From Phoronis australis (lineage: Eukaryota; Animalia; Phoronida): DNA of 64,000 nucleotides. Under the pieces are notes generated by a model. That model was not told where the DNA came from. It searched no databases and saw only the letters and a list, made by a program, of their open reading frames with translations. Each line of letters opens with the position of its first letter. Position 1 is the first letter of the stretch. Of this stretch, positions 41,099-56,000 are shown one piece after another. A program made the position numbers and the translations under genes. The stretch is taken from positions 479,545 to 543,544 of the forward strand of contig NMRA01000144.1 in the NCBI GenBank assembly GCA_002633005.1, read 5' to 3'.

Positions 41099-44000
41099 TC
41101 ACTGCACAGGAACATATCCCATTTGTAACTTGAGTAGTAAGAAAACCTGAAACAAACAATCCAATTTTTAGACTAACATCAATTAGCATAGTGTTAAATC
41201 AGCTTTATCCTAAACAAACCAATGCCCAGATAGTTATCCATGAGATGTGCAGTAAAATTCTAATACTGGAGGCATCTTTTTTAGAAACATTGAATGCTAC
41301 AAACCAGAGTAGTGAATGGGGGTCATTACTTTCACTAAAACTTGTAGCCTACTGCACATAGCAAGAGTTTAATACTTTGCTCAATAAACTCACAAACATC
41401 CTTGCTATTGTTGTCTTCTTCAATGTTCTATAACACCAGCTGACATTCTTACTTTGACACAATGTACGATGAACTGAATGGAGTTCATTTGGATGAACAT
41501 TACCCATACCTGTTTACACCTACCTTGATTTCGTGATCAGCTGAGCCAGTGATGAGCATGTCCCCGTGTAAAGCCAGACTGTTGACTGCACCCTGGTGAC
41601 GTCTCAAGGTCTGTATGGGCAGCATGTTCTCAAGATTCCAGATCTAGAAGCAACAGAACAATGACAAAGTCTAATGTGTACTTGCAGGTGTCACTTCAAC
41701 ATTATCAAATATGAACTAACGACAGTGTGAAGTATTGCAAATGCACTGGTACGTGACAACGATGGATTTCAACTTGATCAGTAGTTACTTGATATGTTAC
41801 GAATTGCACATGACGGTCCAAATTATAGCAATGGTTTGTTGATTTTAAAGCTTCTGTGCTCTTAAGAACTAAGCGTCCTCTAAATAACAGATGGCTGTTA
41901 TTTAGCGACCAAAGGTGTCATCATTTTCAGGGTCCAGAAACCTTACTTAAAAAGGATTGGGTACTATTAACTCGTTTTAGAAGAATTGGCTAACATCTAA
42001 TTTATATCTTTACAAAGAGGAAAGACCACCGACCTGTCAACATTCAAGGTGTATGACAAAACTATTCTCAATATCTTGTGCCTGGATCCTGTTCTTCCAC
42101 AAAACAAAACAAAAAATGAAAAAAAATAACTTAAATGAATGTGAAATATTTCATGTTTGGTTGCATAGAGTACCATTTCTGTAGCTTGTACTTCAAAATT
42201 TCTTACACAGAAAACCCCAAACCCTCTATGAGAAGACCACACGCACGCTCACTCTATTGACAGTGTCATAAAAATAAAAGTAATTTGTGAAATCTCACTC
42301 CTTTTTACTTTTCTGTTTATTGTGGTCTGTAGCTATTGTAGTCTTAATTGACTTCACACTGTAACACCGACATTGTGATCTACTCAAGCTGATATTATTA
42401 ACGTGCCCAGAGGGGTACAAACCTGAACACTTTGATCTACTGATGCGGATATTACAAACATGCCCGGGGGGTTAGCCAGCAAACAGCTAATTGCACCAAC
42501 ATGAGCTTGCAATTTCCTCACTGGCTTCTGCGATATGGCATCAAATATATGAAGGTTGTTCTCAGTGCCTGAAAATTTGACACATTGGTTTGATGTTCAG
42601 AGCAGATGTTAGACACAGGAAATAATTGGGTGCCGCAAAAATAAACCAGCTTGCTTGACAGCGACTGTTATGAGCTAAGGGTGGTGCAACCAGGTTGTGT
42701 GTTACTTGAAATGGACTATCTTTTCAAAACAACAATAACAGACAAATACCAGAAGCACAACAGGTCTCAACCATTGAGGGCTCTGAAATAAATTTGACAC
42801 TGCATATTGCATTAATTTCTAAGTTCTAGGGGCTTCCTTAGTTTCTGTGTGGCCCAAAAGCAGCCATTTATATTGCTTAGCAAGCAGGTCAGCCTTGGAT
42901 ACCGGATTTCTAAACTCTCATTTGCTAGAGCAAAAATCAAGAGCAACTACTACGTTTTTGTGGTTCCATGCCCATTGTGGTGAACAATGCAACGTAGAAT
43001 TGACATACCTTCAAATTTTTAGAGACTTTTCAATAACTGCTAGCAGTGGTGTTAACTGCTGTACTACCTTTAGCCGTCTCCATGATGATTTGAAGCAACA
43101 GCCCAATACACAAGCAACACTACCAACTGCAAGCTTATGGAAAGTGCCATTTATGTCTTTCCAAAAACTTTTACTGATACACCACACCATCTTTGCTCTA
43201 CACAATTTAAGTACAACAGTCAAACCTGCACACTGCCGTCATTAACAGAAGAAATGAGGAAGTTCCCGCATGGGCTGGTTCTCAGACAAGTGACAGTACT
43301 GGTCATACCCTTTAAAGAGTGTATCACTTGTCTACTCTGTATCGAAAACACTTGGATACAGCGATTATATGTTCCTACAAAATAAATTCTTCAGTACAGA
43401 ACATCGCAATTTGTTTAGCACTTATATGTAACTTTATTGCCACAAAATATCCTTGTACGTAAGTAGTTTGATTAGATGTTTTGGATCAGAAATGTTTAAT
43501 TTACACTGTCCAGCAAAGATATGATTACGAAAAAGTGACCACATGAAAATATGCACGTTATAATCATGAAGATAGGAACCAAAAGTAACAACGGTATTTA
43601 AGTGTTTCTTTCAATTGATAATCAAAATTGCAGATGTGCACAACAGAATGACACCATGGAATACCTGCAATAATGTATTGAGAAGTAACCAGTAGAGAGT
43701 AGACAGAGCCAAATTCATGGTTTAGTTTGCCCCTCATGGAAAACTTCCCTGTGCAGTCCCAGATTTCTATTGTGTTGTGAGAGCCACTGTAGACTTTATC
43801 CTGAAAGAGAGCACTTCATGAAAACCGAATCATTATGTTAATAAAAAAAAATTCATATCACTAGACTGCTGCTTGAGGTGACGGTAAAGAAATTGTTTGC
43901 TTAGGAACAACAAAGAAAGTTTTTAAAAATGCCCATTACGCAAACATAAAACAGAATTAAGTTGTACAAAATGAAGGTGGTGTATCATGGTGACTTGAAG

Positions 44001-47000
44001 CTAATTCTAGTTTACGAGGGAGTCTGGCTGGTCCAGGTTAGAACTCAGAATGTAAGTCTTTTGAAGGAGTGAACTCACTTTTGCTGGGCTTACAGCCAGT
44101 GCCCTAACCCAGTGATGCAGGCCATCAATTGTATGTAACAACTTCAAAGTTCGCAGCTCCCACACCTAAAAGAGAACTGAACAGCTCATTAAAAGCTCAC
44201 AGCATGTCATATTAGCCACTTAGCATTCTTTGCACAGAGAAAAAAGCAACTTTTCACTGTTCTTAAAAAGAGAAATTTTGGATATCCAACACCAAGAATT
44301 TCACCTCTTTCTAGAAATTTACAAGTTACACAGTAATTTGAGCTGACAGTTTTCTTCGAAGTTTTGTGATATTAAAATGGCATGGCACCAACCGATACTC
44401 AATAGCATGAACTGTTCTTTACACAATTGTTTTTGATGGAATAAGATGCAATAAAATTTATTTTAAAATTCACGTAATTAAAAAACAAAACTATCAAGAG
44501 AGAAACAGATATTTTTCACGCACTAACCTTGATCACCTTTAGTGATGACGTGAACAAGTAATCACCAGTATAAACCATAGCACAAATAACATTCGAGTGG
44601 GCATTCTGTAAACAACATATATGGATTTAACCATTAATACCACCCTGCAAGTCTCTATGACGACTAAATAATACTCACATTCTGTGAACAGCATGTATGG
44701 ATATGATAGTACTGACATTTTAGCCATTAATAAAGGCCTGCAATCTCCTAGTACACAATGACGGAATAACACCAACTCTAGAAATTAGCATCTCTATTGA
44801 AAAAATAAAATCAAAATACTACTGCATCACAAATGCATCTTGCGGACAGTACTACAAAATACAATGCAACCATAAAAGACAAAAATGACCACCCAGGGCC
44901 AGTATAACAAGCAGTTGTAACAATAAATGAGAGCACTGTTTACTATTCAGGAGAACAAAAATGTAATTAACGCTCACTAGACTAGAGTGTCTGCACCGTT
45001 AGCAGAAAGTCACGAGTTTGAGTCCCAGTCAGGACAGAGATCTTTTCAGACATAACTACAGGTCACGTGATGTGACCAACATATGGTATGTATAAAGACT
45101 TAATAAGTCTTGTATTATGGCTAGTAACATTTGGAGAAATAATCAACATAAATATTGTTTTACAAAAAATGCAAAACTCACGAAACCTGAAAAAGTATCA
45201 GGTACAGCTAAAAAATCAAGTTATATGAAATATTTGCCCTGTAGACACATTAATTTTTAAAATTAGATAGATTATTCAAACACATTTACCTGAATACAGT
45301 TGACCTCTTCATAACCCTCCAAATTCCAACACCTGAGGGTAAAGTCAGCGCCAGCGCTGTACAAAAACGAGCCTCCCACTGTCAAGACATGGACCTGAAC
45401 ACAGAAGAACCAACATTTTTAACAGACACACAGCCAACAGTTGAATCACAATGGTGCACAACATGACACTAAAAATTCCATTGTTTGGGACAGGGACAAA
45501 TTTTAACTTCTTTTGGTCAAGGTCGAATGAAGGTTGCATCAAATTTTAGAAATAGGCAATACTGCCCATCCTGAATTCAAGAATAACAAATAACAACTAC
45601 GGATTATTAACTGGAATGTTACGCACTATGGGGGTGCATCGTCAGCCACTTTCAACAGTTTTGTGAATCATCAAGTCTATTTCCAGACACTCTCGATACA
45701 AAACAATGTATCTGAAAAATATGATAAATGCTAGAATCACTCATGTTCCAATCTTAAAAACGCACCACGCAACACATGGAGATGTCCCACATCAATGTAA
45801 CATTTGTGCAATGAAAGGCTTCGGATGGAACTTGAAGATTATAATAACTACAGAAGAAGTTAATGATTTTGCTGATGGCCTTTTATGCTGGGATAGAATA
45901 TCGTGGCCAAGTGGAATTTATTTTTGTCAACTTTCTCGACAAGAATGATTATTAAGGAAATTTTGCTTTATAAATAGCAACGTTTTTACAATAAAGCTGA
46001 CATTAAAGAACAAGCCAGGAATACTTATTTGTAGCAGTGTACTGTCTTTGAAAACAGACTATGGAAAATTTGGCAATGATTTTTGAGGAAACACATTTTA
46101 CACTGCATGAAGTATTCAAGGTCACAGGCTTTGAATATGAGTACAAAACTCATCCTCTTTTTATAATATCATTCTAAAGAGAACATTCAATAATTCAATA
46201 TGTTCCATGTCACTTACCGTGTCAATATGGCCCTTCATTGTATAAATACATCCCTTGCCAAGAACGTCTAAATCCCACACTTTGATCGTTTTATCTCCAC
46301 CCCCACTGAACAGCCTTGAACCTTGACTAGCCAGTGCCACAACCTCCCCTTCATGCGACCTGTGACAGTGATGACATAAAATGGGCATTAAATAAGTATT
46401 AATCAGAGTTTTTTGCTCCTTTTACCATCTCTGCTATCCTGTTGTAAGGTCAAACAAATTGCGCAGCATATATAACAGCACCAAATTCTCTCACTGACAC
46501 AACAGGCACAAACACATTAAAACAGAATCCATCAAACATTCTTTTGGTGAATTTACCTATTTCACCCTAAGGGCTTTATTTGTAGTTCATGGTATAAAGT
46601 GGACGAAAGCATTTATTCATGACAGGTGTGTTCCAAAAACGTAATATGTTTTTCTCAAGCACTGCTCGTACTCAGTGAAATTTTGCCGATATTTCAAAAG
46701 TACTATATGAAAACTAGCCATGTCATTAATGTGACAATCATCACACAGTACTTCATCTCATCCACTACTCATCATCTCTCCTTCAACCTACTTTAGTGAA
46801 CCTATACACTTGAAGTTGAATGGCATCACCCAGTGACTGCGACGGGCAACACTTGATGTGCGTCTCAAAGGTGATTCAGTTTCTCGACGAGTTTCAAGTC
46901 GTTCCAGCTTCTCTTGCACAGTTGTTAGGGCACTGAAAAGAAAAGTATGTCACCCATTCACAGTTTCTATGACAACTAGAGGCTGTTAAACTCTGATTGG

Positions 47001-50000
47001 CTATTACAACTCCTCTTACATCAGCGCCTCCTCATTGCACAGAATACACAGTACAACCCAAAATGCCGTTTCTGCCTCATGACATTCAATTCCACCTGCA
47101 GAATCTTTACTGTTTAACTCCAGCTGAAAATGACACCTCGAGATACCACAATGGTCTATTATATAGAGTAACTGACCTGGTTGACTTAATTTCCAATGTA
47201 TACATCATGTACAGTACAGTAAGTGGCATGGTGTCCACAACTTGATTACCGTAGTTCATAAAAGTGTATACAGTACTAAGATTTTTGATGCCATTGTGAC
47301 AGCCATGAAAGTTTCACTAATACCTTTCAACCACTGTTTTGATAGTACTTACCAGACTTTGTTTAACCCCAGCATTAAAGATCGACGCATGCATGCCTAG
47401 GATCAATGTTTCCCCGAAGAGAGGAAGATTCTTCTTGTAAGCATTTTAATGTGTTCGTGGGTTTGGAAGCAAGACCACCCCCAACGATTAACTCACACTG
47501 CTTTAAAGGAGCATGCCACCCAAAAAACAACCTAATTTGTATCAATTTAGATCGAGTAGTTCTACTCCATAACGACACGTATGGTTGCGTTACCTGACAC
47601 CTGACGGCAGACGGAGGTGTTGATTGAAATTATCCAATGACGTCATCGGTTTCACACACAGTCTGTTCAGCAGTTCACAACACAGGTTACTGGTGTCAGC
47701 TTATAGCTTGAAGTCATTGTTTAACACCAATTAATCATCAAACTTCGATGTAAAACCCTTAAAAATACACCGAGTTCTTATAAAAATGTGTTGTTCTATT
47801 TCGCTCTTACGGATTTATTGGTATTTGGACACACCGTAGCCTACAAAGTTCGGCAGGCCAATAAGGTCCGTAGCAGGAGCTTGGGGTCTGTTCGGAGATA
47901 ATTTCGAAGTATTTACGGTGAGATACAGACAGGAGAACCTAGATCTGTGTTGTTTTGACTTGTGATTTTTTGAGTTCTAAACACAAAACGCTTGTTATCC
48001 TGGCCAGTGGCTCGGAGCCCGATCAGGCCCGTCGCGGCTGGCTGGATTGACTCGTAAGTTATCCCGGCCAGTGGCTCGGAAACTGATCAGACATCACGAA
48101 CATAAACCAGCCAAAGTTCAGTGGAAACTAAACTTCTTCCAGCCAAGAAAATACTACACTAGTGAGCCAAGGTAATGTGCACATGCTTATGTTGGTGAAT
48201 TAGCCACGAAACTGCAAATCTACTTACTCGTCGGGGGCCGTGAATTCACGTTCCGCTTTGGCCACAGCACCGTCAGGGCAGAAATTGTACATTGACAATC
48301 ATTATTTGAGTAATGTAAATGTAAATAAAAATTCCCCTAACACCTGGCAGTAGGATGGAAATCGAGTTGTTTCACAACAGTTTCTGCCAGCAAACACTAA
48401 ATTAGCATGAGCTCACACGGCCTAGGTCATCCTGTCAATTACTCATATTGCACTTAAAGCTGATTAACACAGTGATTTATTCATTGCCGGCTTCTCAAAT
48501 CATTTGCACTCATGAACAATCCAAAGGCATGAAAAATTGCATTTAATGAGTCAGACTTTGTTTCAGTTTTATATAAGTATTGGTTAGGGTGAGAATAATT
48601 CATTTTGAAACAGAACGCTCAGTAATAAACGCATCCTGACTTAGGACGAGCTAAGTCCCGATTTCGCAGGTGGATCATTAAGTTTTACAGGCAATTAATA
48701 CGAACAGGAATACAGTGATGAAGAAATACTACAGAGGCACCACGAACAAGCTCAGACAACGGAACATATGGAGTTATTTGGTAAGCCGGCATTCGTCAGG
48801 CACTGTCGACGTCTGCAGGCCACAGACACGGAGATGTTTCACGGCCTCATACTTGCTATATACAGCGTACATTTCATTCTTCACTACCATGAGTTACTTC
48901 CTAAGCATTTCGGACTCTCCAGGAAGTAAAAAAAAACGATATACCCGCTTTCCTCGCAGCTGCTTAGTTCAGACAAGCGGGAACAATGCACCGCAACATA
49001 GCGGCATTCACTCTGCATATGAACCACTGACGTCGCTAGCGTCGTTTCTCACCTTCCCCACAGGTTAACGCGACACCTCTTGGCACGGTAAGGTCGACTG
49101 TATGCGAGGCGATGTGGATATAAACCGATTAAGATGGCAAAAAAGACTAATTAAATCGGGTGGCATTCTCCTTTAATGCCTGTACACAGGCCTTTGGAAC
49201 ATGTTTGATTGCGTATATCAAATAGGGATAACAAAATTACAAGGCACAGCCACATCGAAACGAATTCAAGAAACAGAACACTGAACATTGATACAATTTT
49301 CATACGCTCAAAATTACCGACGAATACTGTCATGGAAGGATGGGTGGAAAGACACCATATAATAAACCTCAACTTATTTTAGTGAACGTAAAAATTTTCC
49401 CACATGCTAGCATTTTTATATTATTGGTTATAAAATTTTCGACATCTAGTCTTTGGAAATGATATTATACACATCTGTATTAAAGTACACAATCTCATTA
49501 TGCGTTCATGCAAAATTGAGACCAGTAACTGAGGAAAGTGGATCTTTGAATTTGCTGTGACTGTTCATTACATCAATGTGTAGGCCTAGGTCAGCGTGCT
49601 GATGTCTTGAACATTCCAACAGGTATCAACACCATCAAAGAGTGAAATTTTTTCCCATTAAGGTAATCAATGACTAGAAATTTCCGTCACAATGTATGTG
49701 AAATAAGATTATAATTTCAAAATTTACAAAAGCCAACCATAACCCGATCACTTTTTCACTTTATGATAATAGTTGAAAACACAAGATCGTCTTATGCGAT
49801 ACTTTAAAGATGGTCGCCTGTTTATAACTACCTTATGCATTGCTCTAGCTGTCGGGATGCTGTAGCTTTAAACTTTTCTAACGTGTCTACCTTCTCATTA
49901 AGAACATGCACCGTTGTTCTCAAAGCAGCATTTTCCAACTGTAAGGCTTTTATCTGCAAAGAATTGTTATTAAAAAAGCAGCTCTTTAAAATAATGAAAA

Positions 50001-53000
50001 TGAATACTTAATCCTTATGAACTACTGATCACATTTAACTAAACTAAGAGTGATTTGGCATTCAGCCAGATTAATAAACTTGAGACTCAGCTCCTGAAAA
50101 CATTCTTAAGGGCAAAGTTGGGCAAGCCACTGGTAACTTAGTCACAATCACAGCAGGACATTGTGTAATTTCAAACAAGATACCACAGTAACATGTCAAT
50201 CAAACCAGAGTAGCTAATGGCAACTCACCTTATCTCCATAGCCACCCTCAACAGTGATCAGCCCTCTGTAACCACAGACATTGTGGTGTTCATCTAATGT
50301 AGTGCGATCACCAATAAATGGACAACCTGCAGCGTAACATATATATTTATCGGCTACTGTTTCCAAGCAACAATTACTCCTCAGTAACAATAAAACAAGA
50401 TTCTGAATAGTGTCCTGTTAACAATGTTACAGAAATTCTTCACTTATTTAGCACACAATATAGCCGACAGGTGAAATAATAGTCAAATTTCTCCACAAAA
50501 ACAAAGGTTAAGAAAAATTTAGTCCACTGCTAAGCACTTCTTGCAGTGTGTAGAGGTCATAAAACAAAATTAAGAAAAGCTTCCATTATCTGCAATAAGA
50601 TAATCAGCCATTGAAACTTGTAAAAATGAGAATTTTAGAAATTATTTTAATGCAAAATAAGTGGAGAATTACAGTAACGTATTTATTCTCAACATAAAAC
50701 ACACCACGACACACTTATTAAAGAGAGTGGTAAGATTTACATTTTTGTGGTTTATTTTAATTTTAAAGAAGTGTCAAATATCACGATAACTAAGATAACA
50801 TTATTCAAAACAGGACCACAACATGGCTTCAACAACAAGCAAGAAAACATTCAAAATTTGCAAAAACTCCACAACAAGGCAAACAAACCCCAAGGAAATA
50901 AAATATTTCTAAAGCCTTAGATCCTATGAAGTACTTGTTATTCCTTGTTTAAGTTCGAATCTGAAGTTTAAAGAATGCTGTTCTGGACAACACAGATGTC
51001 TGAACCCTCAGGAGATTGGCCACATTGTGGGTTCACATTGGTTTCAGGGGGCCCATTTGGACATTTGCCCCTGTGGCATGTATGTAAGCAGCTGCAGCAG
51101 TCAAACTGTGTCCTAAACATGTATTGTTCCAGTTGACTCACTATCATAGATCAGCATCATGTACAGGGGGAATTCAAGGCAGTCTGCAACCGGCAAAGCT
51201 CAACTGCTTACGAATGATTAATTTCAAAATATGAATCTTTAGGAGGTACAAGTTTAATAATTGATTTTATCTCTCAGGGTCTTTTGATTCTTTGACTCTG
51301 GGGCTGAAGCTAGACCTGATTACCAATGTGGGTATTTTCCCTCATTGGAAATATCCCCCTATCATTCTTCAGAGACAAACCCATAAGGTGAGCGAGGGCC
51401 TTCGTTGTCTTCACAACATGAAAATATTCAATAACTTTCATTAATCTATTATCTGACAATGACCTGTCAAAAACTTGAACAGTTGGACACCTGTTCTCAC
51501 TCCTCGACAACACCTTGTCGCACAAACCTTTTTCATGGTGCACACACTTGTGTTTCTTGCACAAAGACAGGTGACCATCCAATTCATTGCGCTTAAAGTG
51601 ACCACAGTCGGTGTTGTTTGGACAGGGAATCCTAGAGTGGGGACAGCTGGTCTCGTGGGATTTACGAGTACCTGGAGAGGAGAGTTGATGCAATGAAACC
51701 TTAACAAAGAATATTTTGGAGTCATTATAAACGTTTAAATTATGTACAACTCTAGATTTGTTTAAAATTATAGAAATACAGCAATTTAGCTCTTGTGTAA
51801 GGTATAAAATGCATGGCAGAGTTCAATGAAATTTCATTTCTTAAAAACTTTGAAACTAATTTGTACTGTGATTTCAACATGGGTTACACTATACACCTGT
51901 CATCAAAGAACACGATTTTATGGCAGCTATTATAGAATCAGTCTTGAAAATTGAAATGACAATTCTTGCAGTAGTTTTTGTGCAAAATATAAATAGAACT
52001 GAACAATTTTACCCAATGTTATTTTTTCTTGACAACCATTTGGATCGATAACATAATCGTTTCCTTCTGCCGACCAGCTAAGACCATAACGGCAATAAAC
52101 TTCTAGGTCATCAATTTGTCCCTCAAGAGCTCTGTAACAGTAAGAATACCATCATAGTACTTAACCTGAAATAAATAAAAAAACATTTTTCAATACCAAA
52201 AATTTCCACAACAGGCACAATTAAAAAATTCTGCCATGTGTAAAGTTTCCGAAAGTGAACAAATTGTCAATGAGTGCAAATGGACGCCCTGGCACTAATC
52301 TGGACACCTGGCAAGGACGCCTAATGTATCATTTGGACGCCCACTGTCAATCAGAATTTCACCAGTTTGGACTCCCATTAAGCGAAAGATGGGTGATAGT
52401 TCAAGGGTGAAATGTTGGCTTTTTCAACTCATAAAGAAATATACAATGTGTTGCAATTAAACTAAGTTCTAAGTATTGAGAAGACCTGTCAATTATTAGC
52501 ACCTGTTTGGTTGCCAAAGTGTATACAACTGCAGTCTCTGGTTTCAAAGGTCTCGGTGTAATTGTAATTCAGTGCTTTATAGAGGGACACCAACTTAAGT
52601 TAACTCCAAACTGGTGTTTCAGAGCTGTAGTATAATGTTTTTCATCTTTTTTTAAAACATCAAAAGTGAAATGTCATTATTTTAATAATATATTGTGCCA
52701 CTAGAATATTCCCATTTAAAATTTTGAGTTTGCGCCCGTTTCATACTTTTCTATGAGTGCATTTTAATATGGAGCAGCAGTGACACCTGTTGCCAAAATA
52801 TAAACCACACACATCATCTGTGCATTTTTCTTGTGTTGGTAACTGCAGCTTTGATAATTCAATGTACGAAATATAAAGCAAGTTAAGGTGATGTGATCAA
52901 CTTAATAATAGCAATTTGAGATCACCAAAAACAGCGCAATCATCGTTCAACCAATATCTGTAATATCTGTAATATATGTTTGGTAAGGTATTTGCCTGTT

Positions 53001-56000
53001 TTCTTAAATTTAGACATAAAATCTTGATCCAGTTTTTTTAGTAAAAAAGCTCACTACAAGGGAGCTGCTTTTGTAAACTTAGATGTAAAAGCCTTGTTCT
53101 ACGCATTTTTCTAAAAAAACCTTACTGTNNNNNNNNNNNNNNNNNNNNNNNNNNNNNNNNNNNNNNNNNNNNNNNNNNNNNNNNNNNNNNNNNNNNNNNN
53201 NNNNNNNNNNNNNNNNNNNNNNNNNNNNNNNNNNNNNNNNNNNGGAATCATGGACGCCCTGTAATATTGGGAACTCCATTTCGGACACCCTATTTTCGAA
53301 ATTCTGGATAAAGTCCTGAATGAGTGTCAAACAAAATCAAGGTTTATGAAAAACAGGACTTACCAGCCTATTTCAGTAAGTCTTTTGTCTTATCCACCGA
53401 TGTAAACTTAACTTATCGAAACTGTTGGTATCACTAACTCTCATAATTACAGATATTTGTCATCATTCCCATTCACAAACATTGCCATAAGCATTCAGTG
53501 TCAGGACAGTACGCCCAGGCTTGTATCCAGGATCTCTGTGTCTTATAAGCCCAGGGAGTAGCGCACATCTCAAACGCAGAATAACACCCCATACATGGAT
53601 AAACAGTGAAGAAAAAGACAATAATTCGGCGTGTTCCAAATTCAGGAAACATGCCATCTAATTGATCAACTATAAAAACACAGATCAATAGGTCAATGGA
53701 ATTAAACAAGCATCCTAGTAGAAAGGTTTTATTGTAAAGTATGCACAATATGTCAATCAGCAGCAGATGTTGGGGGCAATGGGGGTGAAACTAATGTATT
53801 TATTCAAACACTATATGTACACAAGAGCTTATAGTAGATCATAAGATGCACTCAGACCATAGAAGAAATTCACACAAAACTATATTGAAAAAACATGTAG
53901 GAGTTCCTCTACTATGACTATAAGGGACACAAAATGCAGTTTCCAAAGTGTTATAAAATTTTCCAAGATAAAACAGGTTTCGATGACAAGCTGACATGGC
54001 CCCAATTCTCAAAAGGGGCAGAAGTGAGTGAACTTTCCATTAACTAAAAACAACCCTTGTAGTTGATTATTTGTCAGTAACAGTTTATTCAGCTTTGAAA
54101 ATGCATTTTTATGGCCAAATTTTGTCGTGTTCGTAGTTTAAAACTTAAATTAAAGAACTGTTGTCAAGTTTACGAACAGGAATATTAATCGATGCTCCTG
54201 ACAAAGTGATAGTTGCAGTTGTCAAACTGAAGTTGCATTTCAGTCTGTTTATCTGGCTAAAAACATGAATTTAGCCTTTTAATCTCATAAATTGGGCCTT
54301 TTACTCTCATAAATTCGGCCTTTTTCTCTCATAAATTTGGCCTTTTGCTTTAAAAAAATCAGACTCATAACATTCTTTACCACAATAGGTTCCTATTTGG
54401 ATCGTCAACTCAAGTTGGTAACAGAAACATAATCATCTGGTAAAGATTGTTATGAGATCAATTTCATGACTTTCAGGCTTGTAAAGTAATTCAATTTTTG
54501 GTTTTAGTTAGCTTAACAGGGCAAAAGTCTGCTCACACTAATTGAACAAAGACATGTCATGTATCCTATTATACATAGATCCTGACATCATGGCTCATTC
54601 CACAAATTTTTCAATGAAATACTATTGCAATCTCATTCATTATGTGAATTACTTGCTGAATACATGGAATTCCTTCGTTTCACCATCTCAGCTCCTCTCA
54701 CATTCCGATTGCGTCATTGCAATCCTATTGACCGATATTTTCAACATCCAGGTTCTTCATTTAGATTTCCCATACTGAATGTTGATTGTTTGGATTTAAC
54801 TCATACAAAATGAGACGTAAAACACAGAGAGATTAATATTTGTTTTGTATGGTTATCCTGTGGTCCCAATTGATCATAGGAATTTTTTTTAAGTAAACCA
54901 CTTCATTCCAAGTTGGCCATTTTTGACCTGCCAAACTAACACTCAATGTAGATTACCGGTACCGGTATCTAACTTTTGAGATTTTCAGTACTCAGGTTTA
55001 CAACCTTATCTTTTTCTCAAAAAGCAGTTTTGAATTAGGACACATACCATTATGACATTGGTCTCAAAGAGTTCCTCAATCAAAATAGGCGTGAAGTCAT
55101 GACCTGGAGTATTATGAGCTAGGTCTGAAATAATGACCTGGAGTATTATGAGCTAGGTCTGAAATAATGACATGGAGTATTATGAGCCAGGTTTGAAGTA
55201 ATGACCTGGAGTATTATGAGCCAGGTTTGAAGTAATGACATGGAGTATTATGAGCCAGGTTTGAAGAAATAAAAGATTTTCAATTCCTCCTGAGCCCAGG
55301 GATCACTGCTAAACTGAGACAAAAATAAATCATTTGGTGCACCATTTAATCTCAAAAGGTACCCATTCCTAGGGTAGCTCATTGGCGGTGCACCATTGAG
55401 GGCTGGGAGGGGCTATAGCCCCCACTTTTTTCAGTGCTGGCAGGCACCCATAGTCTGTGGGCGGTGCACCACAGGGGGACTAGCGGGTTATAGCTCCCCA
55501 CTTTTTTCAGTGCTGCGCCGCCAATGTAGCTGGTCATGAACAGTCAACCATTTCATTGGCACGTCCAGCTACACAAGAATGGGAGTAGGCTACGCAACCC
55601 TGGCCTGGGGGAGCGCTACACAGTACTACGGCTTTCGGCCGTCGTGGACGTGATATCACTTTAACAACGCACAAGAAAATATAAGAAAAATAGAACAAAT
55701 GTAAACAGTCAGATATAAATTAATGGACCCTGATTTAGAGAACCAGGCAATCACTGAATAAAGGCCGTTATTTAGTGGATGAAACTGGTTCTCTAAATCA
55801 GGGTCCATTACATCCGACTAGTGCACTGTAAACTCACTCACTTGTTCAAAACCAAGTCGGCGCTTCGGCAGGGGCCGGAGTCAATCGGGCACGTGAAGTT
55901 GCTGTTCTTGAGCCTAGTTTCAATACATTTTCTACAGAACGTGTGTCCGCATCTCACGATGATCATAGGACAATCAAAGACATTATTACATTCCGTACAT

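Noticed and set aside
42750-43130. Extra exons between the two alternative WD40 exons (33-nt AG..GT segment 42782-42750; segment ending at a donor near 43009)
   Set aside because: The 33-nt piece does not change phase and is not WD-like. The longer piece has stops in the frames tested. Neither allows exons A and B to be joined in frame.
44971-45047. Functional tRNA gene
   Set aside because: Only degenerate A/B boxes and no closing acceptor stem. Better explained as a SINE head; the same applies to 11095-11248.
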